Shown here piece by piece: positions 1-13,330 of a stretch of 64,000 nucleotides of DNA. The notes beneath the pieces were generated by a model. That model was given only the letters and a program-made list of their open reading frames with translations, had not been told where the DNA came from and searched no databases. Each line of letters begins with the position of its first letter. The first letter of the stretch is position 1. The translations under genes were made by a program, and so were the position numbers. The DNA is from Rhizophagus irregularis (Eukaryota), in contig NC_089429.1 in assembly GCF_026210795.1 (NCBI RefSeq), positions 2,790,001 through 2,854,000 of the forward strand, written 5' to 3'.

Positions 1-170
1 TTTTGTATATATTGTGCCAGCTGGCAACTTAATAAACATCCCATGACTTTAAATTTTAGCTGAAAAGTTAATTGAACGAATAATTTACTTACATTAATTA
101 TTCTACGTAAAAATCATTCATAATTTTTTATTTATTTTTTTTTTACATTTTATAATATAAAATTATAAAT

Positions 171-1150
171 TCAGTCTAATGTGATAAATCGGATACTATT
201 ATTAACCAAATTCATTGCTACACTTTTAACTCCAGTTTTTTTCAATTTGCCCAAAGAATAGAATAATGAATCTATAATAGGATCTCCAATATTACTAATA
301 GCCAATAAACTTTCTTTGTCTAAAGAAAAAAATATATATATATTACTTCAGATTCAAGTTCACAAGTTTTGCTTTCTGTTAATTATACAATACCCGGTTT
401 AGTCACTTTTTTACATATCGAAGTATTGCCTAATATAATTTAAAATACCAAAAAGTAAATATTACTTTTGTTAATCAACAAAGTAGAAAAAAAATACGAA
501 ATTTTACCGATTTTCACTCTTTTTTTATCATTTTTTAGGGTTGAGCCTTATATAGAAACAATAAACATAAATTTAGTATTATTGTTTGTTCTAATTATTA
601 AGATTATAAGACATAATTTGAAACGTACAAAAATCTTCGTTAGTATTATTGGTATCCGATATTTCTAATATTTCTACTTGATCATCTATAAATAAGTAAA
701 GAAGAATTTTACTTTTTGTAAACAACAAAAGAAATGATGAAAAAGAACTACCATCACTTTCCCTAACATGTTTTTTGTTTGAATTTCCTTCGATATCTCG
801 CGATGCTTATAATATAAATATGAAAATTGGATTAATAACTTTATAATAATTATACATAACAAAATCTCAATATTACTGCTATACCGTGTTCGCCTATATA
901 TTAAATATAAAATCATAGTAATTTAAAACTAACCTTCAGAAAGACTTTACCAACCGTGCTATTAAGATTAGAAAGATCGATATTTTTAAAGATAATCCAG
1001 AACCATTTGTCCTAATAATTCCTCCTAGTATTACTGGTGGTGATGGTCCTCCTGGTTCTCCCGGTGGCATTGTTTCTGAAACTTTTAGTAATAATGCACT
1101 AATAAAAAACAAAATAAAAATAATGAAAATAATGAACTCTAACTTGGCAT
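171..1150 (-). pseudogene. Putative multi-exon small secreted protein gene, apparently disrupted
   Basis: Hydrophobic signal-peptide-like stretch KLEFIIFIIFILFFISALLLKVSET, then MPPGEPGGPSPP. Short GT-AG-bounded exons follow (DQVEILEISDTNNTNEDF; CSTLKNDKKRVKI; GNTSICKKVTKP...KTCELESE). The ATG at 1150 is out of frame with the signal peptide and there is one internal stop; the exon model is tentative. Confidence 0.4.
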
Positions 1151-1974
1151 CGAAATCTATAATTATGAAATATTGATTCAAAAAAATTGATATAAAATTC
1201 GATTTATATTGCCACACATTTTATTTTTTGTTTTTTTTTGTTCTCATTTTTTACCTGCACAATTCTTGCATTTGTCTTTAGTTTTTGACATCTTTTTTCA
1301 AAAAATAATTCGTGTCTTTTAAAGAAAGAAAGAAATTTAGTTTATAAAATTAAATAATCTAATTACGTTATTTTATTTAATTTTTTGCCGATCGAAATAT
1401 TCATGTACTCGATCAGAATATTTTAAGGACACATCATCACATACCAGGTCATTTGTGAAACCGATACGAATAGTATATAGTCCTTCCCGGAATATTTTAA
1501 AATATTACAATTCGAAACACTATTTTAAATATCCATTTGTACAATTTCAGTATATTTTAAGAATATTATATTAACATACCTAAATTACTGATAAATTACT
1601 TTTAAGGATATTTTCCATATCTAATCAGAATATTTTAAAATACCAGTCAATATTACATTTAAAAATTAAGTATATTTTTCGTATAATTTAAACTTATTTA
1701 TTATTATAGAACACTATTTTAAATATACTGTTCGTACAAATTTCAGTATATTTTAAGAATATTATTACTATATAAGGATATTTTAACCATAAAACTAGTA
1801 CAGTTTAAGGATGTAGACTTTTTATAGGGCTAATTGATATTTAGAAAAAGAAAAATTAAAGAAAGTATTATAAAATAATAAAATTAGCAACAAACAGATA
1901 TGTTAGTAGAAAATTCAGTATAAATTTGTGGAGCCAAAAACGTTAATTATTGAAATTAATAAAAAATTGGTAGT

Positions 1975-2665
1975 TTGTAAAAGTTAGTATACGAATTTGT
2001 GTTGAAATTAGTAAAAATTAGTAATTGTAAATTTAGTATACGAATTTGCATTAAATTAGTAAAAAATTAGTAATTCGTAAAAGTTAGTATATGAATCGCA
2101 TTAAATTAATAAAAATTTGTAAAAAATTAGTAATTTGTAAAAGTTAGTATATGAATTGCATTAAATTAATAAAAATTTGTAAAAAATTAGTAATTTGTAA
2201 AAGTTAGTATATGAATTGCATTAAATTAATAAAAATTTGTAAAAAATTAGTAATTTGTAAAAGTTAGTATATGAATCATGTCAAATTAATAAAAATTTGT
2301 AAAAAATTAGTAATTCGTAAAAGTTAGTATATGAATCGCGTTAAATTAATAAAAATTTGCAAAAAATTAGTAATTCGTAAAAATTAGTATATGAATCATG
2401 TTAAATTAATAAAAATTTATAAAAAATTAGTAATTCGTAAAAGTTAGTATATGAATCGTGTTAAATTAATAAAAATTTGTAAAAAATTAGTAATTCGTAA
2501 AAGTTAGTATATGAATCGCATTAAATTAATAAAAATTTGTAAAAAATTAGTAATTAGTAAAAGTTAGTATATGAATCGCGTTAAATTAATAAAAATTTGT
2601 AAAAAATTAGTAATTCATAAAAGTTAGTAGTATATGAATTGTGTTAAATTAATAAAAATTTGTAA
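1975..2665. repeat. Tandem repeat, 60-bp unit, about 10 copies
   Basis: Consecutive 60-nt lines from 2101 to 2640 are nearly identical (ttaaattaataaaaatttgtaaaaaattagtaatt...aagttagtatatgaat). Confidence 0.95.
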
Positions 2666-2735
2666 ATTATCGTAAAAGATGAAATTAGTATTGAAATCAG
2701 TTGCAAAAATTAGTATCAAATATGATTGTCAAAAC

Positions 2736-3480
2736 TCAACAAATCCTTGCTTCTCTTTCGTTAGGCTCTTCAGATGATTTTTCAGTTGCATTCGATTTGG
2801 AATCCATCAAGTCGTCATCAACATCTTCGTCTTTATCATCATTGTCACTTATTTGGACTATGCTTCTTTTGCCCTTGGCTTTTTTGAAAAAATGCTTGAA
2901 TTCGATATCATCGATCTCACTTGCTCTGATTTTTTTCATTTTTTGTACTGAATGCATCGTTAATTTCCATAAGCGTACTGAAATCCTCTTTTAAGCTTTT
3001 TAATTCCTTAAAAATATCTACGTTTGTTTTTTCTAACTTCGTGTTTTTATTACACAAATCAGCTATTATCGCACGTAATTTATGATTTTCTAAAATTTAT
3101 TAACCAAATTTGGAAACAAACAAACTTTCAATGTAAAGCAACTAAAACAACCAATTTTAGCAATTTTGTTACAATTATACCAATTTCCAAAGATGGATTA
3201 TCATCATAAAGGTCTAAATTATGGCGAAGATCCTTTTGCTGTTCTAAATAGGAATCTGGAACCTTGAAATTTTTATATTGTTCTTTCATATGCTGAACTT
3301 TTAATTTTGAAGTAACGGTCGATTTGCTAGTGGTAGCAGGCTCGTTGCTAATGGTGGCAGCAGAAGTAATTTCAGAAATTTCAGAAGCTCTTTTGCTAGT
3401 GGTGGCTGCGGTGGCGGCAGGAGTAATTTCAGATAAATATTTATAAACTTTGGTAATTTTTTTTTTTCTTGTTGGGACAT
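2736..3480 (-). pseudogene. Degenerate accessory ORF divergent from the CACTA-type transposase
   Basis: ORF fragments 3128-3541 and 2736-2957 with A/T/S-rich and acidic segments, head-to-head with the transposase at 3972. Confidence 0.4.
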
Positions 3481-3971
3481 GGTGAAAGTAAAAAATTAAG
3501 AGAAAGAGAAAGAAAAGAGAGATGAGAGAGAAAAAATTCAAAATTTAGACTTTATAGCTTAAAATCAGTCGAATTAAGCTTTTTTCTTATAAGCTTAATC
3601 ACAATCAAATTATCATGATATTGTATTTACTGTCGATTTCTTAAAAAATTTTTAACAATTAAATTTATCCCTTAAATAATTAAATGATCTTTTTTATTCT
3701 TTTGATTATACGACGAATTTCTTATATTGTTCTTTAAAAAAGGATCTAATTTAACTCCTATGTATTACTTTGATTATATGGCGAATTTTTTATATTGTTC
3801 TTTAAAAAATAATCTTAATTGAATAATTGAAAACATATTATAGCGATTTATAATGTGAAATTGAATTTGTTCGATTTGTAGCGCAGCAGGAATTTACTTT
3901 TTAAAAAGAATTAAATTGACATTATTTAAAAATATATTGAAATAAATATTGTAAATTTTTTATTTTATAAA

Positions 3972-6900
3972 ATGAGTAGACGAAAGAGATCAGTTTCTGC
4001 TTTACTTAGCAATGATGAAGAATCAATTACAGCTCGCTCTTCTCGTAAAAATAGAGCGATCTCTAGAGTAATTGATGAAGAATCTGAAGAATCAACTTTG
4101 ATTATACATACACATGACAGAAGAATGGTTCCTTGCAATTGTTCTAAATGTAACGAAAAAATAGTAGATGTTTGTACAAAATTGAACCATAAGGCTGATC
4201 GAGATTTGGATGATGATTAAGATTCGGAAGTTGTTCAAGATTATAGTAATCCTTTATCATCATCATTTGAAGATTATAATAATCCTTTACCATCATTATT
4301 TGAAAATTATAGTAATTCTTTACCATTATCATCTAAAGATTATGGTAATCCTTTACCAAAAGATAACCCAGTATTGTCTGACGAAGATTCAGATAATAAT
4401 TAAAACGTAATTTAATGAATGGAAATGGAGAAAATAGACGACTTATCAACTGATTTACTTCATCGACAACGTTTGAGAAGATATGCAAATCAACAAGCAA
4501 CAATTACCGAAGAAGAAATTCCTCCAGAATTATTCATAACTGATAAAGAATCAAGCGAAACTGACGAAGAATCAAATGAAAGTGAAATCAATAATGGCGA
4601 TAATAATGATTATGAGTATACTGAAATTTTTAAGAATTATGCCCCACCTGTTTATGAGCAATTTCAAGATCGAATTAGTCCAGATACAAATGCCAATAGA
4701 CAATTTTTGTGGATTTTGCTGTGGATAATGAGCTTTCGCAAAAGATTTAATATTCCAGAAATAGCAACAGAAGCGCTTATTCAATTCATAAAACTGTTAT
4801 TGATAGAAATCGGCAGTTCTAATTTTGAAGAATTTCCTGACTCTTTATACTTAGCAAGAAATGTTCTTAGGCTAAAAGATCAATATCATAACTTTGTGGC
4901 ATGTCTGAAATGCCACAAATTATATAATAAAAAGGAAGTAGAAGAATTTCAGCAAAATGGAAATCTTACAGTTATGAAGTGTAGTCATGTTGAATTTCCT
5001 AATTCGACATCTAGGAGATTGAAATAATGCCAGAAGCCTTTAGCAGAAAAATCAACGTTATTACATGGCTGTATTAAAATTCGATCTGAGAAGATATTTC
5101 CATTTGCTAGTATCAGAAATCAATTAGCATCAATGTATTGCCGGCCAGAATTCAAAAGAAACTTATGTGAGTTACGTCACTAGTCTGAACGCAAACGATT
5201 TGATGATATTTTAACTGATATTTATGACGGTTAGGTCTGGAAAAATTTTAAAGAAACAAGCGATGAAAATTCGTCAAAATTTTTTTGACCTGAAGTAGCT
5301 GATTCTAATCTTGGTTTAATGTTGAATCTCGACTAATTTCAACCATATGATAGTGCTGTCCATAGTACCGGAGTAATATATGCTGCAATTTGTAATCTAC
5401 TATGGGATATGCAGTTTAAACGTAAAAATATGTTGGTTCTTAGTTTGTTGCCTGGTCTAAACGAAATGAGTCTCCACCAAATTAACCATTATTTGGTGCC
5501 AATTGTCAACAAATTAGTGTTATTTTGGGACGGAGTGACATTTGATAACACTTTTGAATATCAAGAATCAAGAAAAATTTGAGCGGCACTGATACTCATT
5601 TCGTGCGATATTCCCGTGGCAAGAAAAATATGTGGGCATATTTTAGCTCTTTCATCATGTTATAGATGTGAAAAAAAAGCAAATTACAAAAATTATAAAC
5701 ATAATTTCGCTGAAATGGATAATATGAGCGAATGGTTCATCAATCAAGATTTGGCACAATTTCGTGAGAATGCTCTTAGATGGCGTCACTGCAATTCAAA
5801 TGCTGCAAGGAATTACTTTGTAAAAACTACTGGCGTAAGGTGATCTGAATTGCTGAGATTGCCATATTTTGACACAATTCAGTTTTTATCAATTGATCTA
5901 ATGCACTGCCTATTCTTAGGCATTGCAAAGTGGATTGTTAAGTGGATTTGGGTTGATGAAAATATATTAAAACCAGAAACTTTAAAAGAAATTCAAAAGA
6001 AAATGAATCAATTCCAAGTATCAGCTGACATAGGTAAGATCCCAGGTAAAGCTCCAAACGATTTGGGCTAAACCGGAGAACCGGTCCAAAATTGGCTCAA
6101 AATTCGGTTTGGTTCAGTTCGGGTATTAGAACTGAAAAACTGGCGGTTCAGTTCAGTTTAATCCGATTTTTTATAAAAATGCAAAAAATCAAATAGCCGG
6201 CCATCTAGTGATCGTACAAAGTTGAGCCATATATCATTGGATTCCTCTCGACGAGATGACGCGTCAAATGGTGGTAAGATCATATCTCTAGCATCGATAG
6301 AACACACGTTAAACCACGCTAAATGATTTATAAATAATTGGAATTAGCAAGCTATCTATCGGTGCTAGAGACATGATCATCGCCACCTACTTCGACGTGT
6401 CTCAGTGAGACGAATCTAATGAATATAAATTCGTTCGTATACGACCACTGGATGGTGAATAATATCAAGTTTTGCATTTTTTAAAATTTTTGAGCGTTAA
6501 AAATTAAAAATTCTGATACATGAATTTATTTGTCATCCAATGGTCGTACAAATATGAACTAGGACTCATTGGATTCGTCTCAATGAGACATGTCGAATGG
6601 TGGTAAGATCACGTCTCTAGTATCGATAGATAGCTTGCTAATGCCAATTTTTTATAAATTATTTAGCGTGAATAATACTTATGATCTATTAATGCTAGAG
6701 ACATGATCTCACCACCATTCGACTCGTCTCATCGAGACGAATCTAATGAGTCCTAATTCATATTTGTATGACCATTGGACGATGAATAAATTCATGTATC
6801 AGAATTTTTAATTTTTAACGCTCAAAAATTTTAAAAAAATGCGAAACTTGATATTATTCGCCATCCAGTGGTCGTATATGAACGAATTTATATTCATTGG

Positions 6901-8534
6901 ATTCGTCTCACTGAAACGCGTTGAATAGTGCTATGATCATGTCTCTAGTACCAATAGATAGCTTGCTAATTCCAATTATTTATAAATTATTTAGTGTGGG
7001 TTAACGTGTGTTCTATCGATGTTAGAGATATGATCTTACCACCATTCGACGCGTCTCGTCAAGACGAATCCAATGATATATGGCTCGACTTTATACGATT
7101 ACTAGATGGCCGGCTATTCGATTTTCACATTTTTATAAAAATTGGATTAAACTGAACTGAACTGCCAGTTTTTCGGTTTAGTTCTTACAGATTTCAGTTT
7201 AATCCGAACCATCTATAATCTGGACCAAACCGACCTGTTCAGAGCTTTAATCCCAGAAAAGGTGGAATGTGGCGAAGGTTTTGCGAATTTTACGGCCGAT
7301 TAGTGGTGAATATTTTTTAACATTTATGCCACAGTGTCACTTTGGAAACATCTTTCTGGTGTAGATAAGAAGATTCTTACACGCTTTGTAAGAATTTGCT
7401 CGATTTTGGTAGGATGAATTGTTCAATCCAATTTAATGGATGAAGCTCACCAAAAATTGGTTGAAATCGTAAAAATAATTGAGCAAAATTACGGTTGAGA
7501 TATGATAATTCTGAACCTTCACCTTTCGCTCCATTTATACGAATGTGCAAAAGATTTTGGGCCTCTTTACGCCTTTTGGTGTTTTTCGTTTGAGCGCATG
7601 AATGGCGTGCTAGGTAAGATGCTGACTTCTAAAAATATCCTTTTTCTTCTAAAATTAATTTTAAATTCCATTCCTTTATTTATTTTTTAGGTTCTTTGTC
7701 TAATAACCATCAGAAAATTGAACCAGAGCTCATGCGCTGAATTATGAATGATAAACAAATTAATAATATTGTTAGTTCTGAAATAGTTGATACAAAAGGT
7801 CTCGATATACTTGATACCAGACCTTCAGTCGGTTCAATTTCAGAACCCAACGAATTTACTTCAGTTGAAATGGAGCGATATTTGCTATACTTGCAAAATA
7901 TTAAAGAATCTCTGATTGCTGGATGCAAAGCATTTCCAGGAGAAATGCTAGACCCTTCCTCAGAAAAAGTTATAATGTCAAGTGAAATGCTTGACATAAT
8001 GGTAGATTATTATAATGTGACCTACCCAGCAAATAATTTTCAAAAACCATTTGGAGAAGAACCCGAAGATTCAATTATTATTTGCGTCAGAATGAATCAA
8101 TTCTGAAGATGCAGAATTGGTTCTGAAATATTCGGCTCAAAAATGTCATCTCGTTATGTGAAAAGTTTATTTGTTACGGCAAAATTTATAACGATTGATG
8201 ATGATGTTGACGTTTACCCTGGTCAAGTTCAATATTATTTTACTCATACAGTTGACCTTCTGAATGGTCTTGCTGAGCATTTTTTAGCTTATGTCTAATG
8301 GTATAAACATGCAGGCTCTAGAAATATTCAATATTATTTCAGTAGTAATAATGACATTAATACTTGTAATGTTAAGCTATGGTGCGCCGAATTTTATCAA
8401 GAGTCACGTGATTGTATTATTCCGGTTCATCATATTCTCAATTTATTCCAGTAAATTACCAAATTTCAGACCAAAGGAATGCAAGAGAGTATTTAGCCGT
8501 AAATCAAATAAATAGAAAATACCATATTCGCTAA
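3972..8534 (+). pseudogene. CACTA/EnSpm (CMC) transposase pseudogene
   Basis: Motifs ACLKCHKLY, DIYDG-VW, GLMLNLD-FQPY, SCDIPVARKICG, IDLMHCLFLGIAK, FTAD-W and HLYECAKDFGPLYAFWCFSFERMNGVLG. Many in-frame stops; interrupted by the MITE at 6047-7249. Confidence 0.85.
6047..7249. mobile_element. Non-autonomous hAT-type foldback element
   Basis: TIRs TAAAGCTC(C/T); 8-bp TSD atcccagg/atcccaga (6039-6046, 7250-7257). Removing it restores IGKIP-KVECGEGF. The interior (about 6135-7173) is one long imperfect palindrome. Confidence 0.9.
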
Positions 8535-8970
8535 TAGATTCTTATTTGTCAATTTATAGATTAAAACTGGATTTATTATGATTTATCCAGATTTATTGGT
8601 ATTTGATCGAGTTTGGGAGGATAAATTAAATTAAATGTCAAATTTATTATGATTTATTATATTTATTATGATTTATCTGGATTTATTGGGTTTGGGAGGA
8701 TAAGAATTAACTTTAATTAAAGTTCATAATTTATGTTGTTTAATGATTTTATTATATGCTAATTTTAAATTAAATGTCAAATTTTTATTGTCATAAATCG
8801 GAAATGCCGAATTGTGTAAATTGTCTGATTATTTTAAATCAGAAATGCTGAATTTTGTAAATTTTCTGATTGTTTTAAATCGGAAATGCCGAATTGTGTA
8901 AATTTTCTGAATTTTAGCTGAATTTAGTTTGATTTTCAGCTGATTTATCACATGTCTGATTTGCCTTATT

Positions 8971-10391
8971 TTGACTAGTGCATTAGTAGGACGACCACCT
9001 GCTATACGCCAGTCTTCATTCCAAGCATCTTCTACAGCTCTTAACTTGACTATTGTATTTTCTGGTTGGCCAACAGCCTCATTTAATGCATTAGCTCCTA
9101 TCTGTACTGAAGTTCGCCCATTTACTGCAACTAAGTTAGCCTGCCCTGTATTATCGAGTAAATTAGTTAGCTTCCAATTCTGCTTTGTAGTAATCTCATC
9201 ATCGAACCATTCTAAAGTCCTTCCTCTCATACAGGCTCTTAAATGTCCTATTGTATTATCTCTTCCTGTTAGAGAATCTGCTACATTATCATTTATATCT
9301 ATTTCCCGATTCTGCAAGTCTAGTCTAAGTTGTGCAAGAAAGTCTGGGATACTATCATCCCAGTCGAAATATGGATGAGGTATTCCTGCCATGTTTACTT
9401 GATTAGGTGGATTATTCTGAAGCGCCAAAATTTGTCCCTGTAAATTTAAATTATTCTGACGCTCTGCTTGGGTTTTATTTTTCCATTTCTTGTATCATTC
9501 ATAGAACCTGTCTCGATTAAATTCTAACAGACCTATATCTCCTCTACTTCGCTGTAAGTGGTGGGCATTTCGCTGATACAATAATTGTAAGGCAAATTTT
9601 TCTTGTACCAGCACACCTATACGGGCTTGTTTTCTTGCCATATTATTTATCATTCTATTTACCTGGTTTTGAGTATTAATTTGATATTGATGGAGATCAC
9701 CAATAATATTAGTTATCCTACTTTCAGCAAGTTGCCTTCGTATAATTTCATTATCACGCTTAGCTTTTGCATCATAATACCTTCGTTGCTTACAGACTAA
9801 ATCCTGATGCAAATTATTTTCTTTTTAGCGTATCTGCCTTGTAGCTCTTTTTATTTAGTCTATAAGAATATCCCTAGTTGTTGTTCTATTATCTACATAA
9901 CCATCTATAGCATTTGCTAGCTCTGTGATTGTGGCCATATTATCATCAGAATTATACAAGTCTGGAGAATTCCCTCGTTCAAGCGAAGTTTTTCGTGATG
10001 AGATGCTTCTGATCTGGTATCACAATTTTTTAACTTGTTTCTCAAATTCTACTAACTGCTCTTCTAAACTAGAAATATATTTTCCCTTATCTCGCACATC
10101 TTTTCTAGCTTGATATAGCTAACTTTTTAGGGTAGAGATTTCAGATTTTAACTCTACTATCTCTTCTTTTGAAGCATTTTCAAGGCGCTCTATCTCCCTA
10201 TTGAGATCTTGAATTTCTTTCTCACATCAGGCATAATTCTGTTCTAATTGATTAATTCGTCTCTCATTCTGACGATTAGTATCAACTTCTATCTGCAATT
10301 CACTACGAAGATGAAAGTTCTCTTCTTTCAGCTCAGCTTTATGTTCTTCACATATTCTTTTCTGCCTTGAGTGAGATCTGCAAAATGACAT
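8971..10391 (-). pseudogene. Gag-like retroelement ORF with long coiled-coil N-terminus, 3'-truncated
   Basis: One reading frame from MSFCRSHSRQ through a coiled-coil region to PYFDWDDSIPDFLAQL...HLRACMRGRTLEWF, broken only by point-mutation stops. Confidence 0.55.
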
Positions 10392-10769
10392 TCTTTTTTC
10401 GTGATTATAAAAGAGAATGAGAAAACCCCTTGGATCAATTTATATAGATCCTCAGAAAGCATATGATCTTAACTGGGATCTGGGTTAAGAACTAATCTGG
10501 AAAATTTGGCAGAGGTGATACATTTCATGTATAACGCCTTCGACTAATTTTACTAGGCGATCATGTATGCAGATTATTTAGCGTAAAAAATAAAGAATAA
10601 GTTATACATACATTGTACTTTTGGTTAAATAATACTAATTTTCAGTTAAAAGCAATAGTCTATAATGTAGAATATTTCTCAGAATCAGTCAAGTCAGTTA
10701 GACAATTGTGATTAGTGTTTCATTCTTCAATCTCAACACAGTACCTTTTGGCTGTTTTGCATACCGAGA

Positions 10770-11517
10770 CTAGATAAATATTTCGCCTGTATCACTTTTG
10801 CAATTTGATGACTGATAAGAAGTTGGTGGAATCATTTCTTGGTTACCAGCAGAGGTAACAGAAATACAAGCTGGCTCAAATTTTGGAGTACTTGGTATAG
10901 TATTTTCTGCTATAGTTGCTTTGGCTGAAAGGTAAGCTTCATAGCTGATTAAATGAGTATCATAATCATATGATACCAATGCCAACTTATCCTTTTCTGA
11001 GTGTGAGGTAGATTGGGAGTAGACAGAGACGATTAATTTTAGCCTCTTCTTGTAATATGTATTGTTTATATTGCCAGATCTGAAATTCCTTTGTATCAAT
11101 AGATTTGAGAATTTCATTTCTTCTTGCATGTTCATTCGAAATAGTATTTCCAGAAATACATCTCTTCAAGTGGTTATCTCTATAGCGATCCTCAAAAAGA
11201 CTATTTGCAGGTGTGAAAACTAAGGAGTCACATATACTGCAATATATATAATTGGTTGGACGATTATGAATCCTATCATCTATATATAGCTTTCCATACA
11301 TTGTAATCTATCCATTCTTAGAAAGGATTCTTGGGTTCTCTTCTAGTATTTTCCTAAATGGATCACGAATGTGAGAGCATCACATTTCTGGTGTTTCATG
11401 ATCATATTGACTACCTAAAAGCCTTAATGCTTCTAATATTCTTTGATATTTTTCAAAGTTTGTATTATCATGACTAAGTGAACTAAGCTTAGAATAGGCT
11501 CTACTATCTAAATCCAT
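10770..11517 (-). pseudogene. Unknown ORF upstream of the gag-like ORF (CxxC...H motif)
   Basis: MDLDSRAYSKL...YCSICDSLVF...DNHLKRC with stops and one frameshift; intronless and on the same strand as the gag-like ORF. Confidence 0.45.
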
Positions 11518-12149
11518 ATTAGTGTTTTAATAGTTTATAGTAATTATAGCATTTTTAAGCAATTTCGGTATGTTGTATTGATTCTTTATCAACCTATACT
11601 AGACAATAACACCATTCAAATTTACTGGTTAAGATATTTATAGCTATTTCACTGTTTTTTATCGATTTATAGTGATTTATAACAGTTTGTAACAACTATA
11701 TTATAATAAAATATCGGATTCATTTTTATTCGATTACAGGATTTATATAGGGTCATATCTCGGGCTAAGCTAATTTTATATTTACATGCGCCTGGCTAAA
11801 TCGGTTTGTGGCATGACGTATATCATATCACATGTATCACCCTAGATCCCTGTGCGAAGTTCTATAAATCACGAGATGATCGGCCAATCAGATTTCACCT
11901 CCCTTGATCCCATACTGAAATTCGAAAAAAAAGAAACATTTTTCTTGGCAAAGGTTGCTGACCATTGGTCAGGATGTCACATGATTTCTTATTTTTCTTC
12001 TCATTAGCTAGGTTATCATTATTATTCGATTAATCATTACAGTATATTGATCAAATTAATTAATCATGCTATGATCTAACATATCTCTTGATATTTCTGA
12101 AACTGAAAAAACTGGAGGTTCATTTTCTCATTGACGAATGAAAGCATAG

Positions 12150-12827
12150 TATCATGTTACTCCAAATAAAATGAAACGACTTTTTTGGAATGATGAGAAT
12201 ATGTTATTCTGATCAAGAGGAAAAAATCACAAAATCACATGCACTAGGGAGATAACAGGTTAACAAGAATATAATCAAAAGTTAAAAACAATAAAACACA
12301 CCCGTTCTCTTGCCACTTTTTATCGAGATTAATGTTTTCCCAGAATTCCTTTATCCCATGTGTTTCATCCTTACAAAAAAAGAATGGAAAGTTAAAATTT
12401 TGACGAGTATGAATAGAAGATTTACAATTACAATTACAGTCACAATTACGAACTAGGAACGGCACCCATCACCCGGGTAGGAACGGCACCCCCCGAGCTG
12501 TTCGAAACAGGATATTACATTGTAGGAACGGCACCCCATACCTCGGAGTAGGAACGGCACCCCTCCAAGGCTATGCAACTCCTGTTTAAGAAAATGGAGA
12601 TTAAGTACCTTCTGTAATAGTGAAGTCGCAACTTTAACTTGCTCATTATCTCGTTTCTCAGACACAATTCTTTTTAGAACATTACGATATCGCTTTCGCA
12701 AAGCGGAGTTCTCAGAGAGTGACACGTCTTGATCAGTAGACATAAATACCGGTTTTAACGTTTCTAAAAAACTCAGATATGACCAATCTGAAGGAGGAGT
12801 ATCATTGAAATACGAATCGCAGAACAT
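12150..12827 (-). pseudogene. 5' part of a paralog of the 33301-36471 gene, truncated
   Basis: Exon 1 (12827-12609) MFCDSYFNDTPPSDWSYLSFL matches MGDPQTYFEEHATWSLISFL. Intron 1 (12608-12370) is at the equivalent position. Exon 2 DETHGIKEFW matches DEKSSPDVEAFW. The 3' boundary is approximate. Confidence 0.7.
12447..12588 (-). ncRNA. Intronic structured RNA element: 4 x GGGUGCCGUUCCUA in hairpin loops
   Basis: Exact 14-mer at 12454, 12478, 12523 and 12549. Flanking stems CCUUGGAG/CUCCGAGG and GCUCGGG/CCCGGGU; closing stems AAACAGGA/UCCUGUUU and CGAAC/GUUCG. Confidence 0.65.
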
Positions 12828-13181
12828 ATCTGAAAATTACAATCAATTAATACTGCTAGAAAAAAGTGTAAATGTGATCTACTTATTTACCTAAATGTGA
12901 TTTCATTGACACCGACATAACGAAAGAGTCTTTGTAAATCGTGAAAGAGAAGTAGTAACACGAACGCGAATTTTTTTACGATATACTGCGCCAGATTTCG
13001 TGACATGTGATTGATTAGTCAGATGTGGGGGCTGATCGCCGCCGGCGATAAATGGCAAACTCCTATTTATTATATTAATTATATTTAATATAATCGATAT
13101 AATTATTTTATTTATGTATTATATTTAATTTATTTATTATATTTATTATATTAGATATATTTATTAGAATTTTTATAACTA

Positions 13182-13325
13182 CAGTCAAACCTAAATATCG
13201 TTATATCAAAGTTATACCGATATTTATATATCCTCACATATAGTGGGAAAATAAAATTTTATCGGTATATCAAGTTTTTAATAGTATATCGGTATATCGA
13301 ATATCGGTATATCGAGGTTAGACTG
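13182..13325. mobile_element. Tc1/mariner-type MITE
   Basis: TA|cagtcaaacct ... aggttagactg|TA. Confidence 0.85.
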
Positions 13326-13330
13326 TATAA

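Noticed and set aside
12454..12562. CRISPR-like mini-array (14-bp repeat with variable spacers)
   Set aside because: Repeats are too short, spacers are irregular and pair with each other, there are no cas genes, and the context is a eukaryotic intron; better explained as an RNA structure.
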